A stretch of 64,000 nucleotides of DNA from the human T2T-CHM13v2.0 reference genome, Homo sapiens. The number at the start of each line of letters is the position of its first letter. Position 1 is the first letter of the stretch. A program made the position numbers and the translations under genes. Below, in pieces: positions 1 through 14,147 of this stretch. The notes beneath the pieces were generated by a model. The model worked only from the letters and a program-made list of their open reading frames with translations, did no database searches and was not told where the DNA came from. Location of the stretch: assembly GCF_009914755.1 (NCBI RefSeq), contig NC_060938.1; one strand, 5' to 3'.

Positions 1-1028
1 ATCCCTATTACTGTTCTGTATCCTATTTTATGGTTCTAATTCATACTAGTCTGTATCGTTGCATTCCTTGTACTTGATTTGGGTTAAATTCATGCCTTTT
101 ACCTAGTTTCTTAGGGGCAGACAAATTATTGATTTGAATTTTTTTCTTTACTGATATATAAGGTGTTTCAAGCTATAAATTTCTCTAAGCACTGGTTTAA
201 TCATATCAATTACATTTTGTGTTTTTATCTTCATTTAGATCAAAATATTTTCTATTTTACCTTGTGATTAATTCTCTGACTCATGAGTTACCTAAAAATG
301 TTTATAATTTTACAATATCTGGCAATTTCCCCATTATTTTATTTTGTTGATTACTAATTTGATCCTAATGTGTTCATTTGATTTGAGACCTTATTACTGA
401 GATTTGTTTTAGGGTCTAGTATATGGGCTATTGTGAAGGGTGATCTACATGTATTTTGAAAGAATGGTTATTATCTTGTCAATCTATGGAGTAATATATA
501 ATTTGAGTTGCCAAGATTGTTGAAAATGTTGATCAGATTTTCTGTATACTTTCTGATTTTTGCCCAGTATTCTATATTAATTTTCAGATTTAGGAATTAA
601 ATTATCCAACAATTATTATTGAATTCTGTATTTCTCTTTTTAATTATATTTGTGCTTTACTTAGTTTGGGGCTATCTTGTTAAGTGTGTATACACTTATA
701 ATTGTTATGTCTTTAAAATATATTGGCCATTTATCATTAGGTAATATCCTTCTCTGTCACTAGTAATATTCTTGTCTTAATGTCTATGTTGTCTAATATA
801 AAAATAGCCGCTCCAGTTCTTTTATGGTGACTGTTTAGATAGTGGATTTTTGTCTTTTTCCATTCTTTTACTTTCTACCTATTTGTGTTTTTTAATCTAT
901 TATGTGCCTCTCCTACACAGCACATAGTTGGATCCTGATTTTTTTATTCAGGATGACAATCTCTGCCTTCGAACGTGAGTTCTCAGCCCATTCACATGTA
1001 ATGTAATTATTAATATGGTTGGATTTAT

Positions 1029-1339
1029 TTATTTATTTTTGTTATTATTACTTCTTGAGACAAGATCTAACTCTGTCACCCAGGCTAGAGTGCAGTGGTG
1101 TCACCACTGCTCTCTGCAACCGCCACCTCCCAGGATCAAGTTATCCTCCTTCCTTAGCCTCTCAAGTAGCTGGGACTACAGGCTATGCCACCACACCCAG
1201 CTAATTTGTGTATTTTTTGGTAGAGACAGGGTTTCACCATGTTGGCCAGGCTGGTCTCAAACTCCTGAGCTCAAGTAATTCACCCACCTCAGACTCCAAA
1301 AAGCTGGGATTACAGGTGTGAGCCACCACTCCTGACCTG
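1029..1339 (-). mobile_element. Alu (AluJ/old S)
   Basis: Antisense dimer with a (TTTA)n tail. Diverged TSD atatggttggattta / atatggctgaattta. Confidence 0.95.
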
Positions 1340-1563
1340 ATATGGCTGAATTTACACTTGCCATTTGATTCATGTCTTGTTTATTCATTTGTTTCTCTGT
1401 TCCTCCTTTTCTGCCTTTTTTTGTGCTAAGTAAAAATATTTAGTTTAACATATTAATATATCTTGATATATTGCTACATTTACTTGTCATTTTCTTAGCA
1501 ACTAATCTAATTTAGTGACATCATAATCTGCCTGAGATTAACAGTAACTTAATTCCTATAAAG

Positions 1564-1914
1564 CAGCAGTCCCCAACATTTTGGTACCACGAACCAGTTT
1601 CATGGAAGATGGAAGACAATTTTACCAATGCGGAGATTGGAGATGGAGGTGGGGGGAGGGTTTCCACACAAAACTGCTCCACCTCAGATCAGGCATTAGT
1701 TAGAATCTCATAAGAAGCCTGCAACCTAGATCCGTTGCATGCACTGTTCACAATAGTTTGCGCTCCTGTGAGAATCTAATGCCTTGATCTGCCAGGAGGT
1801 GGAGCTCAGGTGGTAATGCCTGCTCACCTGCCACTCACCTCCTGCTGTGTGTCCCAGGCTCTTAACAGGCCGCTGTCTGGCACTGGTCTGCAGCCTGGGG
1901 GTTGGGGACCCCTG
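1564..1914 (+). mobile_element. MER1B-like hAT-Charlie MITE
   Basis: TIRs cagcagtccccaac...gttggggacccctg. Perfect 8-bp TSD CTATAAAG at 1556-1563 and 1915-1922. Confidence 0.92.
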
Positions 1915-1999
1915 CTATAAAGTACAAAAATTTTGTTCTATTATAGTTTATTTTCTCTCCCATCTATTGCACTGTAGCTGTGTAGGTAAATATAAGTTC

Positions 2000-4900
2000 T
2001 TTCTTAAACTTTTATTTTAGGTTCAGGGGTACATGTGGAAGTTTGTTATTTAGGTAAATGGTGCATCACAGAGGTTTGGTGAAGAGATTATTTCATTGCC
2101 CAGGTAATAAACATAGTACCTGATAGGAAGTTTTTTGATCCTCACCCTTCTCCCACTCTCCACCCTTAAATATACCTTGGAGTCTATTTTTCCCTTCTTT
2201 GTGTGCATGTATACTCAATTTTTCACTCCCACTTAGAAATGAGAACATGCAGTATTTGGTTTTCTGTTCCTGTGTTAGTTTGTGTAGGATAAGGGCCTCC
2301 CACTCCATATTGCTGCAAAGGACATGATCTTGTTCCTTTTTATGGCTACATAGTGTTCCATGCTGTATATATACCACATTCTTTTTATCCAATCTACCAT
2401 TAATGGACATTTAGGTTGATTCCATGTTCTTGCTATTGTGAATAGTGCTGTGAGGAACATATGCATGCATGTGTCCTTATGGTGGAATGTTTTATGTTCC
2501 TTTGGGCATATACCTAATAATGGGATTGCTGGGTCTACTGGTAGTTCTGTTATAAGTTCTTTAAGAAATCACTAAACTGCTTTTCACCATGGCTGAACTA
2601 ATTTACATTCCCACCAGCAGTGTATAAGCATTTCCTTTTCTCCACAATCTCAGCAACATGTTATTTTTTGACTTTTTAATAATAGCCATTCTGACTGATG
2701 TGAAATAGTATTTCATTGTGGGTTTGATTTGCAATTCTACAATGATTAGTGGTGTTGAGCACTTTTTTTCATATACATGTTGGCTGCATGTATGTCTTTG
2801 AATAGTTTCTGCTCACATCCTTTGCCCACTTTTTATTGGGGTTTTATGCTTGTAAATTAGTTTAAGTTCCTTAAAGATTCTGCATATTAGACCTTACTCA
2901 GATACTGATATGGTTTGGCTGTGCCCCACCCAAATCTCAACTTGAATTGTATTTCCCAGAATTCCCAGGTGTGGGAGGGATCCAGGGTGATGTAATTGAA
3001 TCATGGGGGCCCGTCGTTCCCATGCTATTCTTGTGATAGTGAAAAAGTCTCATAAGATCTGAGACTTTTATCAGAGGCTTTTATCAGGGGTTTCTCAGGG
3101 GTTTCTGCTTTTGCTTCTTCCTCATTTTTCTCTTGCCACCACCATGTAAAAAGCAAATTTCACCTCCCACCATGTTGCTGAGGCCTCCCCAGACATGTGG
3201 AAGTATAACTCCAGTTAAACCTCTTTTTCTTCCAAGTGTCAGGCATGTCTTTATCAGCTGCATGAAAACAGATTAATACAGTAAATTAGTACCAGTAGAG
3301 TGGGCGTTGCTGAAAAGATACTCGAAAATGTGGAAGGGATTTTGGAACTGGGTAACAGGCAGAGGTTGGAACAGTTTGGAGGGCTCAAAAGAAGATAAGA
3401 AAATGTGGGAAAGTTTGGAACCTCCTAGAAACTTGTTGAATGGGTTTAACAAAAATGCTAATAGTGATATGAACAATAAGGTGCAGCCTGAGGTGGTCTC
3501 AGATGGAGATGAGGAACTCATTAGGAACTAGAGCAAAGGTGACTCTTGTTATGTTTTAGCAAAGAGACTGGTGGCATTTTGCCCCACCCTCGAGATTTGT
3601 GGAACTTTGAACTTGAGGGAGGTGATTTAGGGTATCTGGCAGAAGAAATTTCTAAGCAGCAAAGTATTCAAAAGGTGACTTGGATGCTGTTAAAAGCATT
3701 CCATTTTAAAAGGGAAACAGACCATAACAGTTCAGAAAATTTGCAGCCTGACAATGGAGTAGGAAAGAAAACCCCATTTTTTTGAGAAGAAATTCAAGTC
3801 AGCTGCAGAAATTTGTGTAAGTAGCAAAGAGCCTAATGTTACTTCCAAAGACCATGGGGAAATATCTCCAGGCCATGTCAGAGACCTTCCCAGCAGCCCC
3901 TCACATCACAGGCCTGCAGGCCCAGGAGGAAAAAGTGGTTTTGTGCGCCAGGCCAAGGGTCCCCGTGCAGCCTAGGGACTTGGTGCCCTGTGTCCCAGAT
4001 GCTCCAGCCATGGCAGAAAGGGGACAATGTAGAGCTCAGACCGTGGCTTCAGAGGGTGGAAGCCCCAAGCCTTGGCAGCTTCCACATGGTGTTGAGTGTG
4101 TGGGTGCACAGAAGTCAAGAATTGGGTTTGGAAATCTCCACCTAGATTTCAGAAGGTGTACAGAAATGCCTGGATGCCCAGGCAAAAGTTTGCTGCAGGG
4201 GCAGGGCCCTCATGGAGAACCTCTGCTAGAGCAGTGTGGAAAGGAAATGTGGAGTCAGAGCCCGCACACAGAGTCCCTACTGGGGCATATCCTACTGGAG
4301 CTGTGAGAATAGGGCCACCATCCTCCAGACCCCAGAATGGTATATCCACTGCTTGCACTGTGAACCTGGAAAAGCCACAGACACTGAATGCCAGCCCATG
4401 AAAGCAGACAGGAGGAAGGCTGTACCCTGCAAAGCCACAGGGGTGAAGCTGCCCAAGACCATGGGAACCTACCTTTAGCATCAGCATAATCTATAAGTGA
4501 GACATGGAGACAAGGAGATCATTTTGGAGCTTTAAAATTTGACTGCCCCACTGGATTTTGGACTTGCATGGGCTCTCTAGCCCCTTTGTTTTAGCCAATT
4601 TATCCCATTTGGAATGGCTGTCATTACCCAATACCTGTACCCTCATTGTAGCTAGGAAGTAACTAGCTTGCTTGTGACTTTACAGGCTCACAGGTGGAAG
4701 GGACTTGCCTTGTCTCAGATGAGACTTTGGACTGTGGACTTTTGGGTTAGTGCTGAAATGAGTTAAGACTTTAGGAAACTGTTGTGAAGGCATGATTGGT
4801 TTTGAAATGTGAGGACATAAGATTTGGAAGGGCCAGGGGTGGAATGATATGGTTTGGCTGTGTCCCCACACAAATCTCAACTTGAATTATTTCCCCAGAA

Positions 4901-7900
4901 TTTCCATGTGTTGTGGGAGGCATCCAGGGGGACATAACTGAATCATGGGGGGCAGTCTTTCCCATGCTATTCTTATGATAGTGAATAAGTATCACAAGAT
5001 CTGATGGGTTTATCAGAGTCTTCTGCTTTTGCTTCTTCCTGATTTTCCTTTGCCACCACCATGTAAGATGTGCCTTTCATCTCCTGCCATGATTCTGAGG
5101 CCTCCCCAGCCATGTGGAACTGTAAGTCCAATTAAACCTCCTTTTCTTCCCAGTCTCAGTTATGTCTTTATCAGCTGCATGAAAACGGACTAATATAGAT
5201 GTCTAGTTTGCAAATATTTTTTCCCATTCTGTAGGTTATCTGTTTACTCTTTCGATAGTTTCCTTTGCTGTGCAGAAGCTCTTTAATTTAGGTCCCATTT
5301 ATCAATTTTTGCTTTTGTTGCTATTTGCCTTTGGTATCTTCATCATGAAATCTTTGCCAGGTCCTATGTCCATAATGGTGTTTCCTAGGTTATCTTCCAG
5401 GGTTTTTATAGTTTGCAGTTTTACATTTAAGTCTTTGATCCATCTTAAGTTGATTTTTGTACATGGTGTAATGAAGGGGTCCAGTTTCAATCTACTGCAT
5501 ATGACTAACCAGTTATCCTAGGACCATTTATTGCATAGGGAGTCCTTTCTTCATTGCTTACTTTTGTCAACTTTGTCAAAGATCAGATAGCTGTAAGTGT
5601 GGGGCTTTATTTCTATGCTCTCTATTCTGTTCCATTGGTTTATATGTCTGTTTTTGTACCAGAACTATGCCACTTTGGTTATTATTCCTCTGTATTATAC
5701 TTTGAAGTTAGGTAATCTGATGCTTCCAGCTTTGTACATTTTGCTTTGGATTGCTTTGTCCACTAAGGCAATTTTTTGGTTGCATATGAATTTTAGAATA
5801 GTTTTTCTCTAATTCTGTGAAAAGTGGCATTGATAGTTTGATAGGAATAGCATTGAATCTGTAAATTGCACTGGGCAGTATGGCCATTTTAACAATATTG
5901 ATTCTTCCTATCCATGATGATGGAATGTTTTTCCATTTGTTTGTGTCAACTCTGATTTCTTTCAGCAACGTTTTGTACTTCTCCTTGTGGAGATTTTTCG
6001 CCTTCTTAGTTAGCTCTATTCCTAGGTATTTTATTTTGTGTGTGTGGCTATTGTAAATGGGGTTGCATTGTTGATTTAACACTCAGCTTGGATGTTGTTT
6101 GTGCATAGAATTGCTACTGACTTTTGTACATTGATTTTGTATTCTGAAACTTTGCTGAAGTTGTTTATCAGATTTAGGAGCTTTTGGGCAGAAATTACGG
6201 GGTTTTCTAGGTAGAAAATCATATTGTCTGCAAACAGAAATATTTTGACATCTTCTTTTCTTATTTGGATGCCTTGTATTTTTTTGTCTTGCTTGATTGC
6301 TCTGGCTAGGGCTTTTAGTACTATGTTGAATAGCAGTAGTGAGAGTGAGCATTCTTGTCTTGCTCCAGTTTTCAAGGGGAATGATTCCAGCTTTTGCACA
6401 TTCTGTATGATGTTGGCTCTGGGTTTGTCATAGATGGCTCTTACTATTTTGAGGTATGTTTCTTCAATGCCTAGTTTGTTGAGAGGTTTTAACATGATGT
6501 TTAATTTTTCTGAAAGATTTTTCTGCCTCTATTGAGATGATCATGTGTTTTTTGTTTTCAGTTCTGTTTATGTGATGAATCACATTTATTGATTTGCATG
6601 TGTTGAAACAATCTTGCATAAAGCCTACTTGGTCATGGTGGATTAGATGTTTGATGTGCTGCTGGATTCGGTTTGCTAGTATTTTGTTGAGGATTTTTGC
6701 ATCTATGTTTATCAAGTATATTAGCCTGCAGTTCTCTTTTTCTATTGTGTTTCTGCCAGGTTTTGGTATCAGAATGATGCTGGCCCCATAAAATGAGTTA
6801 GGGAGGAATCCCTCCTCCTCAATTTTTTGGAATATGTTCAGTAGGAATGGTACTAGCTTTTCCTTGTACATCTGGTAAAATTTACCAGTAAATACATCTG
6901 GTCCTAGGCTTTTTCTGGTTGGTAGGCTTTAATTACTGATTCAATTTCAGAACTTTTTATTGTTCCACGCTGGGATTCAATTTATTCCTGCTTCAATCTT
7001 GGGAGGTTTTATGTTTACAGGTATTTACCCATTTATGCTAGGTTTTCTGGTCTGTGTTCATAGGGGTGTTCATAATAGTAGGTCCGAGGGTTTTTGCCTT
7101 TCTATGGAGTCAGTGATAATGTCCTCTTTGTCATTTCTGATTGTGTTTATCTGGACCTTCTCCCTTTTTTCTTTTTAGTAGTCTAGCTATGGTCTATCAA
7201 CCTTATTTATTCTTTCAAATAATCAGTGCCTGGATTTGTTGATCTTTTGAATGGTTTTTCTTGTCTCAATTTCCTTCAGTTCAGCTATGATTTTGGTTAT
7301 CTTGTCTTCGATAGCTTTGGGGTTGGTTTGCTCTTAGTTTTCTAGTACCTCTAGGTGTGATGTTGGGTGCCTAACTTGAGATCTTTCTAACTTTTTGATG
7401 TGGGTGTTTGGTGCTATAAACTTTCCTCTTTATGCTGCTTTAACCATGTCCCAGAGAATCTGGTATGTTGTAAATTTTTTCTCGTTAGTTTCAAAGAATT
7501 TGACTTGTCTTAATTTTATTGTTCACCCAAAAGTCATTCCAGAGCAGGTTGTTTAATTTCCATGTAATTGTATGGTTTTGAGTGATTTTCTTAGTACGAC
7601 TTCTACTTTTATCACGCTGTGGCCTGAGAGTGTGTTTGGTATGATTTCAATTCTTTTGCATTTGCTGAGGATTGTTTTATAGGTGATTATCAATTTTGAG
7701 TATATGCCATGTGTAGGTGAGAAGAATCTATATTCTCTTATATTTGGGTAATGAGTTTTGTAGATATCTGCGAGGTCCATTTGGATAAGTGTTGACTTCA
7801 GAGCCTGAATATCTTTGTTAGTTTTCTGCCTCGATGATCTGTCTAATTCCGTCAGTGGGGTGTCTCCCACTACTATTTTGTGGTTATCTAAGTATCTTCT

Positions 7901-8712
7901 TAGGTCTCTAGGAACTTTTTCATGAATCTGGGTGCTTCTATGTTTGGTGCATATATATTTAGGTTTGGTCCTCTTGTTGAATTGAGCCCTTTACCATCAT
8001 GTAATGCCATTTTTTTGTCCTTTTTTTTTTTTTTATCTTTGTTGGTTTAAGGTCTGTTTTTTTTTTCTGAAATTATAATAGCAACACCTGTCTCATTATC
8101 TTTTTCTATTTACTTGGTAGATTTTCCACCATCCCTTTACTTTGAGCAAGTTGAGTCTTGCTCCTTTATCCAACTGCCCACTCTGTGTCTTTTATTTGGG
8201 CATTTAGCCCATTTGCGTTCAAGGTCAATATTGATATGGGCAGATTTGATCCTGTCATCATGTCATTAGCTGGTTAACATGCAGACATGATTTTGCTGTG
8301 GCTTTATTGTGTGAATGATATATGTACTTAAGTGTGTTTTTGTGGTGACCACAGAAACTCTCCTTTCTATATTTAGCACTCCTTCAAGGATCTCTTGTAA
8401 GTCAGGTCTGGTGGTAATGAATTCCCTTAGCATTTGCTTGTCTGAAAAGGACCATATTTCTCCTTCACTTATGAAGCTTAGTTTAAGCAGATAAAAAATT
8501 CTTGGTTGGAATTTATTTTATTTAAAAATGTTAAATATGGGCCTCCATTCTCTTCTGGCTTGTAGGATTTCTACAGAAAGGCTCACTGTGAGCCGGATGG
8601 GGTTCGCTTTGTAGGTGGCTTGCCCCTTATATCTAGCTGACTTTAACATTTTTTTCTTTTATTTTGACCATGGAAAATCTGATGACTGTGTGTCTTCAGG
8701 ATGATCATTTTG
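2000..8712 (-). mobile_element. Primate L1 (older L1PA/L1PB type): 3'UTR, ORF2 and part of ORF1, degenerate, split by THE1A
   Basis: 3' end 'ttttattttaggttcaggggtacatgtg' at ~2010. The ORF track gives L1 ORF2 peptides ([23 protein letters not shown]; [16 protein letters not shown]; [15 protein letters not shown], a decayed RT FADD motif) broken by stops and frameshifts. Confidence 0.95.
2906..5197 (+). mobile_element. Full-length THE1A (ERVL-MaLR): LTR 2906-3280, internal 3281-4844, LTR 4845-5197
   Basis: Both LTRs start TGATATGGTTTGGCTGTG and end ...TAATA(C/T)A. A purine tract ggccaggggtggaa precedes the 3' LTR. Diverged 5-bp TSD gatac/gatgt. The host L1 sequence resumes at 5198. Confidence 0.95.
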
Positions 8713-8760
8713 TTAGTCAGGGTTCTCTAGAGGAACAGAACTAATGGTACATATATCTAT
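8711..8760 (-). mobile_element. Short MLT2A-type LTR 3'-end fragment
   Basis: tgttagtcagggttctctagaggaacagaactaat followed by TA-rich sequence matches the antisense MLT2A terminus. Confidence 0.7.
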
Positions 8761-10220
8761 TGATGGATTCTCCAATTTATTTACTCTTTCTTCTACCATC
8801 TCAGAGCTGCTGTTAAGCCCCTCTAGTAAAGTTTTCATTTTAGATATTATGCTCTCCAAAGAGAGAATTTCCTTTTGTTTTTTTAAATAGTTTTAAAAAT
8901 AAAAACTATCTTTATCAAGATCTAGTTATTAAACAAGTGCCATCATGCTGTCATTCAATTCTTCAATTGTTTAAACTTGTTTTTCTTTAATTCTTTGAAC
9001 ATAATATAATAGCTCCTTTGAAACCTTTGTCTTTTAAATGCATCATCCAGGTAAACTCACAAACACTCTCTAATTTTTCCTTTTTACTGATTATGGCTGT
9101 ATTTTTCCATTTCTTTCCCTTTCTCATAATTTTGTTGAAAGTGAACATTTCAATCAAAAATGTATCATAAACACTCCAGATTCAAATACTTCCCTCCTTG
9201 GGGTTGTAGTTATTGCTGTTTATTTGTTTAGCAACTTTCCTGGACTAAATCTAGGAAATATGTCTCACTTGCAGTGTGTTACTACTTATGCTTATATTTA
9301 ATTTTTTTAATTCTGTTTTAATTTTTAAGATTCACTTCTTCTGCACTAGCCCCATGTTTCCATAGATTAATGGTCAGGCAGTTATATGTCATAAGCTGTG
9401 CTCAAACACTTTTATCCAAGAAAGCCTTCAACCTTCTTTCCAAGTATATGAGTGCTGGTTAGAGAGCACATTAAAAGTTCAGAAGTTTTCAGGGACACTC
9501 CAGGTTTTACTTTCCATCAGGCCCTCTTGCTTTTTACCTGTGCATGCAGACCACCACTTTTCAGATATGTGAAAAGTCTAGACCTTGTTCAGTCTCCCAT
9601 GCACATTTACAGACTTCCAGTTAATTGAAGATGCAAAAAAGTATAACAAGCCCTCCTACGGCTACCTCATTTTTTGGATCTCACCGTTAAATTTCTGTCT
9701 AGTTCACTTGTCTTCTGCTTGCTGCAGCCATGATGATGATCTCAGACTAGCAGAACTATTGGCCTTCACTGGTGCCTTGTCATCAAAATCACTAATTTTA
9801 CTGACAACACTGCTGAGCATTGGACTTTTCACCTTCCACTCAGAAAAGAGAGGCACCTCCAGCGGTGAAGCTTCTGGTTTTCCTGGCCTTCCCCATAATG
9901 GTAAAATTACTGCACCATTCAAACTGAGAGGAAAGGGAATAGCCCCAGGCAAGAATGAGACTGATTCTCACTGTATTTACACAATGTTCAATAATTTTTC
10001 ATGAATTCACACTTCTCACTTTGTTGTCTTTGGTAGATTTCCAGTTATGAAATGGTTGTTTTTGACAATCTGTCCAATTTTATAGTTACTTTTTGAGGAG
10101 AGAATTTGCTGATCTTGTCTTTGAAAATTCTGATCTAAAGATCAGAATTTGCTGATCTTTCTATATCTGAGATGGAACTTTTAGTGTAGCTCCTTCTTGT
10201 GCCATACTAAAAGTTCCACC
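8761..10220 (-). mobile_element. Old L1M ORF1/5' region fragment
   Basis: Antisense L1M-like text 'ctgctgttaagcccctctagtaaagttttcattttagatatt'. Probably continuous with the element at 1-2000. Confidence 0.55.
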
Positions 10221-10949
10221 TTAGATATGACATTTTTATCTAAAGTCAAGGGCTATCTTATATTTGTGTTGCTGCTTTCAAGCAAAGTACTTCTATGTTT
10301 ATGGTTTGTCTTCACTTAAATAAGATTCTTAAAGGAAGTAATTTCCAGTTCCATTACCCAGTTGAATGAGGACAACTCAGTAGTAAAAACAAGCACCAAT
10401 TATCTAAATGAAAAGTTCAAGCTGTGAACTTATCTTCAGGGCTAAATGCAATGATTTGAAGAGCAGTCATGAGTGACAAAGTATACAAGCAGGACAAAAT
10501 AGATACTCTGGAGGTGCTTTTATGTTGTTCACTATAAACTAAAGACAGATAGATTACAGATAGACAATATATGTATGTAAAAAAATAACATCTTATGTAT
10601 GTGTGTATTTATAATATATAATCATATAATTTACTCAGACTATAGCTGGGATTGAATGCAGGTCATTGAATTAACTGGAATAAGTTACTCTGAACAGATA
10701 CAGTGATTTTATTCTTGAAACAATTATCAAGTATAATCCTATTAACTGAGAATATAGCATGTTTAATATAGTTTTGTTAAACATTGTTGATGTACATTTA
10801 TCACAACAAAAATGCTGCTCTATAAGAAGTAGATAACGTTATGTGGTTAGCAAGAAAATTAAAGATTTACAGTAATTTGATTTTTTTTAAATGAAAAGCA
10901 ACTAAAAATTGAGGGAAGTAAGCAATTTGAAAAATCTATTACTCTCACA

Positions 10950-11500
10950 TATTGCTAAGAATGTGGGAAAATCATGAGACCTCTCTATATGCTGGTGGAA
11001 GAATAAATTTTTACATCCACTTTAAAGAGCATTTTAGCACTATCTAATGAAGTTTTTTAAAAGCACAACATACAACCCATAATTCCATTTCTTCCAGGGA
11101 GATAAATACAAAGAAATCTCAATTAAACTGAATGAACTATATCTAAACATATTAAAACAGACAGATTTAAAACATAAGTGGGAAAAAATAAGTTGTAGAA
11201 AGATATTAAGTATGTTTCCATTTATACATTTTTAAATGTATATTGTTTATGGGTATGAACATAAGATGTTAAGGTTTAATAACAGAGAGTGGAGGAACAT
11301 AGCTCCAAATTTATAACAGAGGTTTACTCTCAAGGAGGACATAAGAAAAATATAGCATTGAAAAGAAGTAGAAAGGGAACTTCCCATGTGCCAGTAAAGT
11401 TTTATAAATTAAGAAAAAAATAACCTGGATTAACTCCCACTGATAGTATGGAGGTGTGGGTTATATTTTTACATGTATATTTCTGTATTTTTTAAATATC
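10950..11500 (+). mobile_element. Highly diverged L1ME 3' fragment
   Basis: Remnant L1 3' motifs ('gctggtggaagaataaatt...acccataattccatttct'). Confidence 0.4.
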
Positions 11501-12244
11501 TAACTTTTTAAAATGTGGTAAGATAATTTTGAAAGCAAATGGCACTATAAAATAAATGACTCTTTGGTGTACCCTTCTAAATTACCAGCTAATAATACCA
11601 ACTAATACATTTCCAAGGTAGTGCCTTAAGGAATATTAACAGGTGATAGAAATTTTAATAAGCCCATCTATACCAACTCTTCTCTAGCACTTATATTAAC
11701 ACATTACTTACATTTAGCATGTAACTACTTAAGACACTCCATATGATGCAAAAGGCATTTACATAGAGAGCCAATTAAAGCAAAACTTGACATATTATTT
11801 CTTCGTTAAAAATATGCCTTCACCACAGTTTAGGAGATCATAGGTTTCTTTTATTCTTTCACTATTTCCAAATAAAATGCTGCACTAAAGTCAGCACACT
11901 TTTTGGCTGACAATTTGCCTTCAGTGCCCATGCCTCACCAAAGCCTACCTTACCCTATATACACCTTATTCCATAGCAGTACAGTAACCCTGGATAACAA
12001 TATGTTTACATCCAAAGAGTTGAAAAGGCAATTTAAACACTTTAGATAGATTAAATAACAGCTTTTTGGCTTTAAAGCATGCTTATTTTTAACCTGATCT
12101 AGGAGTCAGGAGACCTAAGTCATAACTCTGGATTTCTAGTTTAGAAACCTGAGCTGATTTGGGACTTGTCTCTAAGGGGGATGGGGGAAGAAGCAGAAGA
12201 ACAGGTAACTTTAGTTCCCTTCCAGACATAAAATACTTTTCAAG

Positions 12245-12408
12245 TTATCTGGACAAGTCATTTAACATGGCTGTGCCTAAAGTTCTTTATCTTTAACATA
12301 CTAGCCAACTTACCTAGAATGATTAGTGTAAAATTAAGAGATAACACATAGAAAGTGCATGGAACAATGTTTCGCATATGACAAGCGCTTAGTAAGTGTT
12401 AGCTATGA
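12245..12408 (+). mobile_element. MIR
   Basis: Core 'ggacaagtcatttaac...aattaagagataacacatagaaagtgc...agtaagtgttagctat'. Confidence 0.75.
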
Positions 12409-12460
12409 TCATTAACATCATCCTCATCATCACCATCACCATCTCCATCATCCTCACTAT
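12409..12460 (+). repeat. (CAT/CAC)n low-complexity repeat
   Basis: catcatcctcatcatcaccatcaccatctccatcatcc. Confidence 0.8.
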
Positions 12461-12484
12461 TTGTGTTATATCATTAAGAGTTTT

Positions 12485-12834
<350 letters not shown>

Positions 12835-13469
12835 TGAGAGTTTTAATAACCCAAAAACTTAGTTTTATAAAAATCATTTGAAACATTCACTTATTTATTG
12901 CATCTTTCAACATATTAATCTAACTACTTTAAACTTTCCGTATTTTTATTTAGATAAGGGATGCAAATCCAAAGAATAAAATATTTATGATAGCAATTAT
13001 AACAAACATCCTTCAATTCCTCTGTGGAAAGAAAAACCAGAACATAAATGCACAAATGTATTCAGTATGAAATGATAGTGTTTCACTGGTATGCTTCTAG
13101 TAGAGGAAAATAAAGTTATGAGTAAATGGACAATGAAATATACAGGACTGATCCTCACTTAATTCATCAGTTTTATGTTGCTTAAACATTTATTTCACCT
13201 TTATTACTAGAACTGTTGTCATGTCACTTCCTATAAAAGAACAAATTTCTTCCATTTTTTCCCGTATTCACAAGTAATCTTCCCTTCATTATCTCAAATT
13301 ATAATTAGAGGAAGAAATGATATTTCTATAAGAATGTTCAACCTGACCAAGTGCAGGAGCCAGAATCTTTCAACACAATTGACAAAGGACTACAATCCAT
13401 CTCCTTACTGTACAGTTTATGCTACTTATAATCTGTGTTAATAGGATTGTTTCACTAAGGCTCATTTAG

Positions 13470-13825
13470 TTGTGTGGCAGAAGCGTTTACTACACACTGC
13501 AATCCATGTGAGCCCCACCTTTCAGAGCCCTCCTGCAGTTTGACAATACTATTGAACTAACTCTGGACAACAGACTGTGTACAAAAATGATGTGTGTCCA
13601 CTCCAGACTGAGGCATTTAAAAGCCAATGTATAGCCCTTCTGCTCCCTTTCTCTGCTGTGGCAGCAGTGGAATCCATTTATTGAGAAGGCAAAGTCACAA
13701 GATTAAAACAGCCTTGAGCTCTAGGTTTACCTTTAGAAGGGAGCTATTTTTGATAGCTGCAGATCCTATGTAAGAGAGAAATTAGCTTTTATATGTTAAA
13801 CCACAATAATTTTAGGTTTGTTTTC
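13470..13825 (+). mobile_element. Old MLT1 (J/K-like) MaLR LTR, 3' end interrupted by an Alu
   Basis: 'tgtggcag...tgtgtccactccagactgaggcatttaa...gagagaaaattagcttttatatgttaaacc'. Confidence 0.65.

Positions 13826-14147
<322 letters not shown>

Larger units (their letters stand above)
1..2000 (-). mobile_element. Old L1M fragment (ORF1-ORF2 junction / endonuclease region), interrupted by an Alu and MER1
   Basis: T-rich antisense L1-like text such as 'cacagcacatagttggatc...gacaatctctgcctt...cccattcacatgtaatgtaattatt'. Boundaries approximate. Confidence 0.7.

Noticed and set aside
3273-4995. Cluster of overlapping ORFs up to 156 aa
   Set aside because: They lie in the THE1A internal region and LTR. 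They are fragments of the decayed MaLR ORF or chance frames, not a host gene.
5270-7870. ORFs with clear RT/endonuclease similarity
   Set aside because: They are L1 ORF2 remnants with many frameshifts and stops, so non-functional.
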